Shown: piece by piece, positions 7,651 to 17,014 of the stretch
Numbering within the stretch: position 1 is the first letter of the stretch
How the letters are laid out: every line of letters starts with the position of its first letter
From: Candidatus Protochlamydia sp.
GTDB taxonomy: Bacteria; Chlamydiota; Chlamydiia; Chlamydiales; Parachlamydiaceae
Length of the DNA: 64,000 nt
Reading direction: 5' to 3'
Assembly (NCBI GenBank): GCA_013695355.1
Contig: JACDAQ010000040.1
Location: forward strand, 2,146-66,145
Made by a program: the position numbers and the translations under genes
The notes under the pieces: generated by a model
Databases searched by the model: none
Told to the model about the DNA's origin: nothing
Seen by the model: only the letters and a program-made list of their open reading frames with translations

Positions 7651-9825
7651 ATGATCGTACCTAAAATCAATTCAATGGCAAATTTTGAAAGTTTATCTGA
7701 AACAAAAGATATAGAACAAAGTAAAAATAAAAATACTGTTATTCTTGTTAATAGAAAAACCGGTGAAATAACTACATATATTCCTAAAGATGGAAAAATT
7801 CCTATCTTCGATCGCATTAAAATTTGGGTAAATACAACCTTTAATTTCGATCGGACAATTGAAAGTGCGATGGCAAAAGTTGTTAAAACCGAGTATAAGC
7901 ACATCCTTGGCGAGCTAAAGGCAGGAAAAAATGTAGATAAAAAAATTATAGAAGAAGCTGATAAAAATTTTGATAAATTAGAAAATTTAAGTCCAAAACA
8001 AGTCAACAAGTTAGAGCATTTATCAAAAGAAAGTAAAGAACATTTAGAAATTCTTCATGCATATAGCGATATAAAAACAAAGTTAGCTAATATTAATCAG
8101 GGTACTCAAGGAAAAATTGCTGCAATTAATGATTTTGTGAGCATCTTCAGTACAAATATTGATAAATTAGAAAATAATAAAGTTTTACAAAATGAAATCA
8201 TTGGAAAAATGCAAGAAACTTTAAGTCATCTTTCAAATGATATTGAAAATGCAACAAATGATTTTAAGGAAAAGGCCCCCAATTTTTCTAATAATATGCA
8301 AATGGTACCGCTTACTGAATGGATAATTATAGGCAATACTGAACTTGCAGACTTAGAGAAAATTCAAAAATCGCTAACAGATCCCTATTCAAGGCCAAAG
8401 GCACATTTCGAAGATAAAAAATATTCTGAAGTTTTAAAGAAATTAAATTCTGGCATTGAGAAAATGAAAGAAATCAAAAACACAGCCTATGAAGAGATAA
8501 AAGACCAGGTAAGGGGACAGGTTCCTTTCTTATTGAAGCAGTCTGAAGAGGTATATTCTAAGGCAAAATTAGAAATGCTCAGCCATCTGGAAAATAATGA
8601 GGCATTTGAGGAAACGCTGCTTTTTACCGCTTTGACCTGCCTTAAAATAGTCGACGGTCAATTAGATGAAAGTTTATCTAATCAAATTAATAATTTTATG
8701 ACACGCATTAGAGAGGAACCTAACGCTCCCCCTTTCTTAGAAGCCAAAAATTTGATTTCTGAGTGGAAAGAGAATTCATCTGGCGCACCTACACTTCAAT
8801 TGCTCGATCGCGCTGCCCATTCCCTTACTTCCCCCTTTGGAAAAGAGGTTGGGATGTTAATTGGAGAAGAAATGAAACAGGAAGCTCAAAAATTAAGAGA
8901 GCAGTCCAGTCAAGCAGCCCAGGTTTTAGAGAAAGTTATCGCTGATAAAGAATCTCAATATAACACCCTGATGGAAGAATCTAACGCTGCGGCAGGGTCG
9001 GCAGAGAATAATAAAAGAGAGCTTGAAAAATTTGCCTCGGTAAATAACATGGACTTGGAAATAGAAAAAATCTCTACCTTTACAGAAAAGATCGAAAAAA
9101 AAATTAATGAAAATATAGCTAGCTTTCAGAAGCAAGAAAGTGGTCTTGAACCCTTGATAAACGAACGTAACCAGCTTGCAAAAGAATCTGCTGAGGCTGC
9201 AAACGAATTTTTAAGGGCTTATGTAAAGGAGGGAGGCCTTACAACCGAATTTAAAAAAACAGCTATTCTATATGATAAACTGATCATTGATTTGCAAAAC
9301 GAGATGAAAGAAGCTGGCGTACAAGGAAACCCCCTTTCTATTAAACGAGAAGATTTAATACGTGAGCAAATCATCTTGGAACAAAAATTTGATAAAGAAA
9401 TGGAACTATGGAAGAATAAATTTTCGGGGGGCAAAGCCAATGCCCAGCTGCCTGACAATCTCCTAAAAGAAATGGATAAAGTTTCACAAAGCGCTGAGAC
9501 GATCAAACGGTTGGTCGACCTTATTCAAAAAAGAGATAAAATAAAAGATCCGGCCATCATTGGGTATGTCGTCAACTCAAAAGGTGCCAGAATCCATACA
9601 GCGAAAGAGATTGAATTTAGAACTCAGCTTCAAACGATTCAAAAAGAAATTATTTCCCGTACCAAGGCCTTGCAAGTAATTAAAGATATCAACTATAGCA
9701 AAGAAAAATTAGGACAGGCAGATGAATTGCGCCAAAAGATTGCAAATGATATGGCAACTTTGGGCTTGCGCAAACAGGAATTATCAAAGCTCAGAACCAT
9801 AGAAGAAGAGCTAAATAAAATCTAA
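7651..9825 (+). CDS. Large Lys/Glu-rich coiled-coil protein, function unknown
   Basis: 724-aa uninterrupted ORF with coiled-coil-like composition throughout. It is preceded by ~220 bp of extremely A+T-rich DNA. No catalytic motif seen. Confidence 0.6.
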   Translation: MIVPKINSMANFESLSETKDIEQSKNKNTVILVNRKTGEITTYIPKDGKIPIFDRIKIWVNTTFNFDRTIESAMAKVVKTEYKHILGELKAGKNVDKKIIEEADKNFDKLENLSPKQVNKLEHLSKESKEHLEILHAYSDIKTKLANINQGTQGKIAAINDFVSIFSTNIDKLENNKVLQNEIIGKMQETLSHLSNDIENATNDFKEKAPNFSNNMQMVPLTEWIIIGNTELADLEKIQKSLTDPYSRPKAHFEDKKYSEVLKKLNSGIEKMKEIKNTAYEEIKDQVRGQVPFLLKQSEEVYSKAKLEMLSHLENNEAFEETLLFTALTCLKIVDGQLDESLSNQINNFMTRIREEPNAPPFLEAKNLISEWKENSSGAPTLQLLDRAAHSLTSPFGKEVGMLIGEEMKQEAQKLREQSSQAAQVLEKVIADKESQYNTLMEESNAAAGSAENNKRELEKFASVNNMDLEIEKISTFTEKIEKKINENIASFQKQESGLEPLINERNQLAKESAEAANEFLRAYVKEGGLTTEFKKTAILYDKLIIDLQNEMKEAGVQGNPLSIKREDLIREQIILEQKFDKEMELWKNKFSGGKANAQLPDNLLKEMDKVSQSAETIKRLVDLIQKRDKIKDPAIIGYVVNSKGARIHTAKEIEFRTQLQTIQKEIISRTKALQVIKDINYSKEKLGQADELRQKIANDMATLGLRKQELSKLRTIEEELNKI

Positions 9826-9969
9826 GGAGTTTCACTCAAGTGAATTCAAAAAAAGGAATTTGTAACTGCTTTAAAACCCCTGGGTTGGATTATCTAAAAC
9901 GACCCAAAGTTATAATATGTTTTAGATACTTCAGCCCAAATCCAATTTTTGAGTTCACTGGGGTATAAA

Positions 9970-11607
9970 ATGGATACTTTTTCAATCAAAGGCCAAATTG
10001 TCGATCTCGTGAAACGAAAGATCTTTACAGGCGAGGTTTTTATCTCTCATGGTAAAATAGCTGAAATTAAGCCAATTGAAGGAGCTTTGCAAGGGCCCTT
10101 CATTTTGCCCGGCTTTATCGATGCCCATATTCACATTGAAAGCTCTATGCTGGTCCCTTCCGAATTTGCCCGCATGGCCTCCATACATGGAACCGTGGCC
10201 ACTGTTTCCGATCCGCATGAAATTGCAAATGTTTTAGGGCTAGATGGGATCCGCTTCATGCTTGAAAATGGGGAAAAGGTCCCCTTTCATTTCTACTTTG
10301 GTGCATCTTCGTGTGTACCCGCCACCCCTTTTGAAACAGCAGGCGCCTCTCTAAACGCAAATACTATTGAATTACTTTTTAAGGATTACCATCTGCACTA
10401 TTTAAGTGAAATGATGAATTTTCCTGGCGTGCTGCATCATGATCCGCAAGTGATGGAAAAAATTGCCATCGCTAATAAATTTCAAGTTCCAGTTGACGGC
10501 CATGCTCCTGGCTTAAGAGGAGAAGAGGCAGCGGCTTATATTAAGGCTGGGATTTCAACCGACCATGAATGCTTCACGCTGGAGGAAGCTTTAGAAAAGA
10601 TCCATTATGGCATGAAAATATTGATCAGGGAAGGATCGGCTGCCAAAAATTATGAGGCGCTCCATTCGCTGCTTGAGACACACCCAGAGAATGTAATGTT
10701 TTGCAGTGACGACAAACATCCGCACGAATTAGCAGAGGGGCATATCAATCAGCTTGTAAAACGTTCGGTTATTGATAAGGGTTATGATGTGATGAATGTG
10801 CTGAGGGTCGCCTGCCTGCATCCCGTAGAGCATTACAACCTAGATTGCGGCCTTTTACGCCATGGCGATTCCGCTGATTTTATTGTAATCGATAATTTTC
10901 AAAATTTTAATGTGCTATCAACCTATATCAAAGGGTTTTTAGTCGCTCAAAATGGAAAAACAAATATTAAAAGCATCCCTGTGCCTTTAATCAACCATTT
11001 CAATTGCTCTCCTAAAAAACCGGAAAACTTCCAAATCAAAGCTGAAAGGGGAAAATTGCAGGTGATCCAGGTGATTGAAGGGCAGTTAATGACGAATAAA
11101 ATATTAATGGGAAGCCGGGTCAAAGAGGGTTTATTCATCACAGACATAGAAAAAGACCTCCTGAAAATAGCGGTGGTGAACCGCTATCATGAACAGCCCA
11201 TTGCTTTAGGTTTTATTAATCGTTTTGGATTAAAGGAAGGAGCGATTGCCTCCTGCATTGCCCATGATTCCCATAATATTATATGCGTAGGTGTTACTGA
11301 CGAGGACATGTGCGCAGCAGTCAATGCCATTATTGCTCATCAAGGGGGGATTTCAGTCGCATCAAATGGAAAAATTGAGATTTTATCTTTGCCTGTGGGG
11401 GGGATTATGAGCGATAAAGAAGGATTTCAAGTGGCAAAGGAATATGTCTTTATGGACCGTTTGGCAAAACAGCTTGGCACCCCTTTAAGCGCGCCCTTTA
11501 TGACGCTCTCTTTTATGGCGCTGCTCGTCATACCATCCTTAAAACTCAGCGATAAAGGCCTATTTGACGGCTCAACCTTCGCCTTTACTCCCCTGGTATT
11601 GCCATAA
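9970..11607 (+). CDS. ade: Adenine deaminase
   Basis: ILPGFIDAHIHIESSMLVPSEFAR...VSDPHEIANVLG is the amidohydrolase metal-site block characteristic of adenine deaminase. The ATG at 9970 is preferred over the TTG at 9949. Confidence 0.85.
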   Translation: MDTFSIKGQIVDLVKRKIFTGEVFISHGKIAEIKPIEGALQGPFILPGFIDAHIHIESSMLVPSEFARMASIHGTVATVSDPHEIANVLGLDGIRFMLENGEKVPFHFYFGASSCVPATPFETAGASLNANTIELLFKDYHLHYLSEMMNFPGVLHHDPQVMEKIAIANKFQVPVDGHAPGLRGEEAAAYIKAGISTDHECFTLEEALEKIHYGMKILIREGSAAKNYEALHSLLETHPENVMFCSDDKHPHELAEGHINQLVKRSVIDKGYDVMNVLRVACLHPVEHYNLDCGLLRHGDSADFIVIDNFQNFNVLSTYIKGFLVAQNGKTNIKSIPVPLINHFNCSPKKPENFQIKAERGKLQVIQVIEGQLMTNKILMGSRVKEGLFITDIEKDLLKIAVVNRYHEQPIALGFINRFGLKEGAIASCIAHDSHNIICVGVTDEDMCAAVNAIIAHQGGISVASNGKIEILSLPVGGIMSDKEGFQVAKEYVFMDRLAKQLGTPLSAPFMTLSFMALLVIPSLKLSDKGLFDGSTFAFTPLVLP

Positions 11608-11829
11608 TAAAAAACGTCCTTTACATTCTTTAGAACCTGTTCAAAATATTCGATCGGATGATTTGAACAGGTTTTTATATTTCTCCTTGCATGCTACTGC
11701 ACCCGATCTATTTAGGAGAAAAACAAGCAAGCTCATTAATTATTCCAAACTTAATATCTCATATATTAAAGCTTAAATTTCCTGTCATACAATTAACTTA
11801 TGCATCTAAAAATTAATTAAGGGCAATCT

Positions 11830-12822
11830 ATGAATAATATAACTACAAATTTAGATCCTTATATACAGCTAAGCAATGCCATACTTACCTTTGACAGTAT
11901 GGAAAGTTCAGCCAATGCATTGGGAAGAAATTTTACAAATATTTCTGACTCTCAGTGTGGCGCGAGTAACATTTCGAATAAGCTTCAAGTCAATTTAGAC
12001 ACGCAGAATTTTCAACTGGAAGCTAAGTATGCTAAAGAAACCATTCAAGCGATCAGGTTAATTTCCCCTGAAGCTGCCGAAGATCTCAAAACACGTTATC
12101 AATTTATCGTCGAAGGGCTCTATGCAAATGTCAGTAAAAAAGGGCTAAAAGAAACTCAAGCTTTTGAAAAAATGTCAAAAAACAAACTGGCCCTGATGAA
12201 AAATAATTTGCAAAATCTAACTGTCCTTGATGAATTGGAAATGCAAATGCTTATGAATGATCAATCAGACGTTTTTGACCTAAGCCTAAACACCCTAAAT
12301 TCAATCAGTAAATATCGAAATGCAAACGCTAATAAAGCAACCTATTCAGATCCATACGAACAGCTAAGTGAAGGGATATCGACTCTAGACAGAATAGAAA
12401 ATTCGGCTCATAAATTAGGCAAATTTTTTACGCAAATTATTGAGTATAGGCCAGATATTGTAAGCAATAAAATAGATAAGCTCAATCTCACGCTCGCAAA
12501 TCAAGATCTTGAATTGGAAACCAAGCAGGCAAGAAAAGCCATTAAGGGCATCAAATTAATTTCCCCTGAAGCGGCCGCGGAACTTTCAACACGCTATCAA
12601 TCTATCTTAGAAGGACTTTCTACTACAGTTAATGATATCGGTCTATATGAAGGGCAGCTCCGTGAAACTTTGATAAAACAAAAACACGGCCTAATGAAAG
12701 AGCGGAAAGATAGCTTATCGTTCATCGATTCGCTTGAAATGAAAATGCTGATGAATGAATTTGCAAATATTTCAACAATCACGGCAAACATCGCAAATTC
12801 AATTCAAAAGCAAAGAATTTAA
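11830..12822 (+). CDS. Hypothetical protein built from two tandem ~137-aa repeats
   Basis: Residues 9-144 and 174-310 align. Both contain DPY.QLS, I.LISPEAA..L.TRYQ.I.EGL and D.LEM.MLMN. Confidence 0.6.
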   Translation: MNNITTNLDPYIQLSNAILTFDSMESSANALGRNFTNISDSQCGASNISNKLQVNLDTQNFQLEAKYAKETIQAIRLISPEAAEDLKTRYQFIVEGLYANVSKKGLKETQAFEKMSKNKLALMKNNLQNLTVLDELEMQMLMNDQSDVFDLSLNTLNSISKYRNANANKATYSDPYEQLSEGISTLDRIENSAHKLGKFFTQIIEYRPDIVSNKIDKLNLTLANQDLELETKQARKAIKGIKLISPEAAAELSTRYQSILEGLSTTVNDIGLYEGQLRETLIKQKHGLMKERKDSLSFIDSLEMKMLMNEFANISTITANIANSIQKQRI

Positions 12823-12843
12823 AAATTAATATATTCAATAACC

Positions 12844-12877
12844 CCCGTCTAAAACTTTTTGCAAAAGTTTAGGCGGG
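12844..12877. terminator. Hairpin between convergent genes (possible bidirectional terminator)
   Basis: CCCGTCTAAAACTTTT-GC-AAAAGTTTAGGCGGG forms a ~15-bp stem between the + gene ending at 12822 and the - gene ending at 12955. There is no clear U-tract. Confidence 0.4.
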
Positions 12878-12954
12878 TCTGATGGGAGGGATTTATTTGG
12901 TGATATGGTATAGGCCTTAGAGGCAGCTAAAACTTATAGTGAAGAAAGAATCAG

Positions 12955-13230
12955 TTAATTATTTGGAGAAGTATATAGATGTTGATACTTTTCCCAATAG
13001 TAAAGATGTTCTGGCAAAAAGTCTTGACCATTGGGCCATGAAAGATTGGCTATTTCGTCGATTCTTACTTTTTTAAAATAAGATGGATCTTCCAATTCCT
13101 TCCACCATGAACGGTAATTTATTTTTTGAAAATCAATGATTTGAGTTTTTCCGTCTTCATATGTGATTTCAATAACAAAATCTTTGATATTTTTAAAGGT
13201 TTTGATATTGTATTTATTAGGATCGTCCAT
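12955..13230 (-). CDS. DUF2442-family small protein
   Basis: 91 aa. The pattern ...FVIEITYEDGKTQIIDF...SWPNGQDF.PE.LY is typical of DUF2442. It overlaps the upstream DUF4160 gene by 14 nt. Confidence 0.7.
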   Translation of the reverse strand: MDDPNKYNIKTFKNIKDFVIEITYEDGKTQIIDFQKINYRSWWKELEDPSYFKKVRIDEIANLSWPNGQDFLPEHLYYWEKYQHLYTSPNN

Positions 13231-13513
13231 TTTTATTACTCATAGCAAATTGAATTTTTGGCGGAGTGACACTATTTTCTTGATTAAGCAATTCCCAGCA
13301 ATTCAAAAAATCTTCTTTATTTTCACGTAGCGCTTGATTAATTACCCTCTCTTGGCGACTAGGCATGTTTCCGTTTATGCGGCGTCCAGTTTCTATATCA
13401 TAATTTGCTTTATAATTTCCGTACATTGCCAAAACATGTTTTTTATGGTGAGGCGCACCTATCTCACAAAACATACAAAAAATAATACCGAAAAGATTAC
13501 CAATATTTGGCAT
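13217..13513 (-). CDS. DUF4160-family small protein
   Basis: 98 aa. MP...IIFCMF.EIGAPHHKKHV is a His-rich N-terminal motif. It is followed by ETG..I.G.MP and a C-terminal helix ending in W, and the gene is paired with DUF2442. Confidence 0.7.
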   Translation of the reverse strand: MPNIGNLFGIIFCMFCEIGAPHHKKHVLAMYGNYKANYDIETGRRINGNMPSRQERVINQALRENKEDFLNCWELLNQENSVTPPKIQFAMSNKNGRS

Positions 13514-13525
13514 AATTACCTATCA

Positions 13526-13789
13526 TTAAAAATTGCCATTTGAAGCTGATTTCATTTCGTTCCAATAATCCAAAATATCATTTCGAAAATTCCGTATCAT
13601 TTTTTGAGCTTTGGCCAAATTAACAAATGATATTGTATTATGTGTTTGGCCATCGGTTTCGATATGTCCAGTTTCTAGGTTGATTAATACTTTTTTTCCC
13701 ATTTCGTCTTGGACCAGAATGATATGCCTTGTTGGACTTTCTTCATTAACGTAATACGTTAAACCATCCCAATGAGCAAATCTTAACAT
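13526..13789 (-). CDS. Small protein, apparent degenerate DUF4160-like paralogue (first gene of the cassette)
   Basis: The ATG at 13789 has a strong RBS (AAGGAGTGATAAAATG). It shares ETG.I and the C-terminal R.N...(F/I)L(N/D)(C/Y)W(E/N) pattern with the adjacent DUF4160 but lacks the His cluster. A paralogue lies at 49300..49560. Confidence 0.55.
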   Translation of the reverse strand: MLRFAHWDGLTYYVNEESPTRHIILVQDEMGKKVLINLETGHIETDGQTHNTISFVNLAKAQKMIRNFRNDILDYWNEMKSASNGNF

Positions 13790-14004
13790 TTTATCACTCC
13801 TTTTTTTCAAATCTAAAAATATATTCATTTGCAATATTTAAAACAAGAATTATTGATATTTCCAAATCAAAGTAGCGAATATTTCTTATTTATTATATGA
13901 AGTAAGCAATTTTGGCCAAACGTCCTTCTGGAAGCTTTCAAAATTCAACCTTTAATTAATCGTAAATATTAACCGCACTGGCTAACCGTTTAACGTATCA
14001 ATTT

Positions 14005-15135
14005 TTAATGCTTCCAATTAAGATCATAGCTTACGCTTCGACCTTTGCTTGGATTCTGAATTAGAATTGCCTTTTCGATTAGATCAGAAATTTCGCGGAA
14101 GGCAGTGGCACGGCTTACTTTGGCAATTGAAACATATTTGCGCGTTGTCAGCCCCCCCTCAAATTTCCCTTGTCCGGCATTAAGCAAGAGATTTATCACC
14201 TTGCGCTGTCTTTCATTAAGTGAAACTTGGGAATAATTCTTCCAAAAATCAGCTTTTGAAATAATGCGTGAAATAGTGGATGTAGCGGATTCAACTGCCC
14301 TTATATAGCATGACAAAAACCAAATTAGCCATTCGGTAATATTCCCGTCGCCGCGTTGACATTTTTCAAGGACTTTATAGTATTCACTTCTTTCCTTCAT
14401 AATTTGGGAGGAAAGGCTATAAAGGCGCATTTGCAGCTTTTCATCCTGGGCTAATGCCATATCAGTCAGGGCACGTGCAAGTCTTCCATTGCCATCCTCA
14501 AATGGATGAATGGTCACAAAATAGAAATGTGCTATTCCAGCCCTAATAAGACCATCTTCTTTATCCCGCTGAACTTCCCACCAAGATAAAAATTGATCCA
14601 TTTCTTTTTGAACTAAAGGAGATGGAACTGCTTCAAAATGGACTGTCTCCTTCCCCAAAGCTCCAGAAATAACTTGCATGGGTTCTTCGCCTTGGCGCCA
14701 ATCACCTGCATGGATACGAAGAAGTCCTGAATATCCTGTAGGAAAAAGAGCTGCTTGCCAAGACTTCAATCGATCAGCTGTTAAAGGAGCTTCATAATTT
14801 ATTGTAGCATCAACTAAAATGCTTACAAATCCATCGATTGCACGGCTTGGTAAAGGCAACCCAAATGTTGAAAGTCCTAAATGTTTTGCTACAGAGGAAC
14901 GGACTAGGTCGCGATTTAAACCTTCACCTTCGATTTCAGCTGACTTCATGGTCTCTTCTTCGAGAACTTCTGCACTTGCCTCACGGCTTAACTCAAAACC
15001 GATATTCGACATTTTAGCAAGAAGTTTGCCTTGCTGTAAACGTGCATGACCTAAAAGCATGATTATCTGCTCCGCATCCCAGGTGAATGCAGGCCAATGA
15101 GATTTTTGCCAGATCCATTTTTTTAATTGCTTCAT
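14005..15135 (-). CDS. Fic-family protein (class II, N-terminal inhibitory motif; C-terminal winged-helix-like tail)
   Basis: The Fic active-site motif HPFEDGNGRLAR matches HxFx(D/E)GNGRxxR. The upstream SAEIEG matches the (S/T)xxxE(G/N) autoinhibition motif. Confidence 0.9.
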   Translation of the reverse strand: MKQLKKWIWQKSHWPAFTWDAEQIIMLLGHARLQQGKLLAKMSNIGFELSREASAEVLEEETMKSAEIEGEGLNRDLVRSSVAKHLGLSTFGLPLPSRAIDGFVSILVDATINYEAPLTADRLKSWQAALFPTGYSGLLRIHAGDWRQGEEPMQVISGALGKETVHFEAVPSPLVQKEMDQFLSWWEVQRDKEDGLIRAGIAHFYFVTIHPFEDGNGRLARALTDMALAQDEKLQMRLYSLSSQIMKERSEYYKVLEKCQRGDGNITEWLIWFLSCYIRAVESATSTISRIISKADFWKNYSQVSLNERQRKVINLLLNAGQGKFEGGLTTRKYVSIAKVSRATAFREISDLIEKAILIQNPSKGRSVSYDLNWKH

Positions 15136-15138
15136 AAT

Positions 15139-15169
15139 ATGAAGCGATTATATTGAATAATCGCTTCAT
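15139..15169. promoter_or_regulatory. Perfect 12-bp inverted repeat abutting the Fic start codon
   Basis: ATGAAGCGATTA-N7-TAATCGCTTCAT lies 3 nt upstream (gene sense) of the Fic ATG. The arm sequence echoes the gene's own first codons (ATGAAGCAATTA). Confidence 0.4.
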
Positions 15170-15253
15170 TTAGCAATAGATAAAATCTAAAAAAAAGGGA
15201 AATGTTAAAATTTGAGAAGAGGTGCAAAGCTGAAATACTACTTTAATTTAGAT

Positions 15254-15667
15254 TCATTTTAAAAGATTACTGACTTGTGCGCACATTTTCTTCCCTTCTT
15301 TAAAGGTAATGAATTTTTCAGCTTCGGTAACATCAAGCCATTTAAAGTCTTTAAGTTCTTCCTCCTGAATTTTTACTTCACCCAATACAATAGCTGGAAA
15401 ATATTCGACTGTCTTTGAAATGCGTTGCCGGTTGAACATAAAAAAATAGTGTTCCTTGAACCCCCCTTCCATCAAATAGCTTTCAACTTTTAAGCCAGTT
15501 TCTTCGAAAAGCTCTCTTTCAGCAGATTCATAAGATGTCTCCCCTTTTTCGGGATGCCCTTTTGGAAATGCCCAATGCCCTGCCTGATGTTGTACTAAAA
15601 GCATTTCCCATTTATTTTTTTTTTGACGCAAAGGGATGATGCCAAAAGAATATTCATGTTTGACCAT
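15254..15667 (-). CDS. NUDIX hydrolase (Ap4A-hydrolase-like size)
   Basis: The Nudix box GHPEKGETSYESAERELFEETGL matches Gx5Ex7REUxEExGU. Confidence 0.85.
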   Translation of the reverse strand: MVKHEYSFGIIPLRQKKNKWEMLLVQHQAGHWAFPKGHPEKGETSYESAERELFEETGLKVESYLMEGGFKEHYFFMFNRQRISKTVEYFPAIVLGEVKIQEEELKDFKWLDVTEAEKFITFKEGKKMCAQVSNLLK

Positions 15668-15766
15668 TAGACCCCTTGCTATCTTGTTTTAAATTGATGA
15701 TTTTTGTCGGCACTTTTTAAACGCGTCTTTATTTAATAGAGTTGCCTACCCAACTAATGCAGAGGT

Positions 15767-17014
15767 CTACTTTTCGTAAGGGCCTAAGATGATAGAGGCA
15801 TTGTGTCCACCAAATCCGAATGAATTTGAAAGAGCCCGCTTAATTTTAAATTCTTCCGCCTGAGTTGGAACATCGAATTCCAGGTCAGGTTCAGGATTCT
15901 CCAAATTGATAGTACCGTGAATGCGTTTTTCCAAGATGCCTTTAATAACAGCAATCGCTTCTACAGCGCCAGCTGCCCCAAGCAGATGACCGATCATCGA
16001 TTTAGTTGAATTCATTTTAATCACGGAAGGGTTTTTAAAAACTTTCTTCATAGCATTCACTTCAGCCATGTCTCCCAATGGGGTTGAAGTCGCATGGGCA
16101 TTGATATAATTAATTTCCTCAGCTTTAAGTTCGGCATCATCAAGGGCATTTTGAATGCATAAGGCCACCCCTTCTCCATCTGAACGAGGTTCAGTCATAT
16201 GGTAAGCGTCGCATGAAAGCCCTCCTCCAAAGTATTCGGCCAGTATGACGGCGCCTCTTGCCAAGGCATGCTCAAGGCTTTCCAAAACCAGGACCCCGGC
16301 TCCTTCCCCCATAACAAAACCATCTCTTCCCTGGTCCCATGGACGCGAGGCTTGGGTAGGGCTTTCATTCCTTTGAGAGAGCGCCCTGCAGGCGCAGAAT
16401 CCTGCCATCCCGATTGGAATTACGGCAGCCTCTGATCCGCCTGAAATCATCAGGTCGGCATCTCCATTGCGTATGTGGTTTGCAGCTGAGATGATCGCAT
16501 TGTTAGAGGTCGCGCAGGCCGTCGATATGGAATAGTTAGGCCCCATAAAGCCTAGGTCCATTCCAAGAATGGCCCCGCACATATTGGTCAGAATATAAGG
16601 AATTAAGAAGGGTGTGATCTTGCGTAGCCCTTTCTCATTCAGGGTTTGAACCCCGTCTGCAAAAACAGACATGCCTCCCATTCCAGAACCGATTAATATT
16701 CCGCAACGGGCCTTATTTAATTTATTCCACTCCTCATCCTTCAGGTTGGCTGACTCAAGGGCTTTTTTTCCTGCTACAACAGCATAGGCAATGGTTTTAT
16801 CGACACGGCGGGCTTGTTTTTTATCTAAATAAATTCCAGCATCAAAATCTTTAATGCTCCCAGCAAAACGAGTAGGATAATCTTCGCAGGGAAACTCCGT
16901 AATGGGAGCTATTCCGCTAGTACCGGTCAAAAGATTTTGATAAAATATATCCACGTCATTTCCAAAACAGGAAACGATACCCATACCTGTAATGACGACC
17001 CGCTTTTTAGCCAT
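15767..17014 (-). CDS. fabF: 3-oxoacyl-ACP synthase II
   Basis: Active-site STACATS Cys block, HATSTPLGD and GHLLGAAG His blocks, and C-terminal SNSFGFGGHN. Confidence 0.95.
   Translation of the reverse strand: MAKKRVVITGMGIVSCFGNDVDIFYQNLLTGTSGIAPITEFPCEDYPTRFAGSIKDFDAGIYLDKKQARRVDKTIAYAVVAGKKALESANLKDEEWNKLNKARCGILIGSGMGGMSVFADGVQTLNEKGLRKITPFLIPYILTNMCGAILGMDLGFMGPNYSISTACATSNNAIISAANHIRNGDADLMISGGSEAAVIPIGMAGFCACRALSQRNESPTQASRPWDQGRDGFVMGEGAGVLVLESLEHALARGAVILAEYFGGGLSCDAYHMTEPRSDGEGVALCIQNALDDAELKAEEINYINAHATSTPLGDMAEVNAMKKVFKNPSVIKMNSTKSMIGHLLGAAGAVEAIAVIKGILEKRIHGTINLENPEPDLEFDVPTQAEEFKIKRALSNSFGFGGHNASIILGPYEK

Noticed and set aside
9885..9946. Hairpin (TATCTAAAAC-N18-GTTTTAGATA with outer TTGGATT/AATCCAA) upstream of adenine deaminase, considered as a purine riboswitch
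   Set aside because: It does not match the purine-riboswitch core as I remember it (three-way junction with conserved loops). The loop contains TATAAT, so it may simply overlap a promoter.
11564..11776. 70-aa ORF overlapping the end of the adenine deaminase gene
   Set aside because: It starts inside ade in another frame and continues into A+T-rich intergenic DNA, with no initiation signals.
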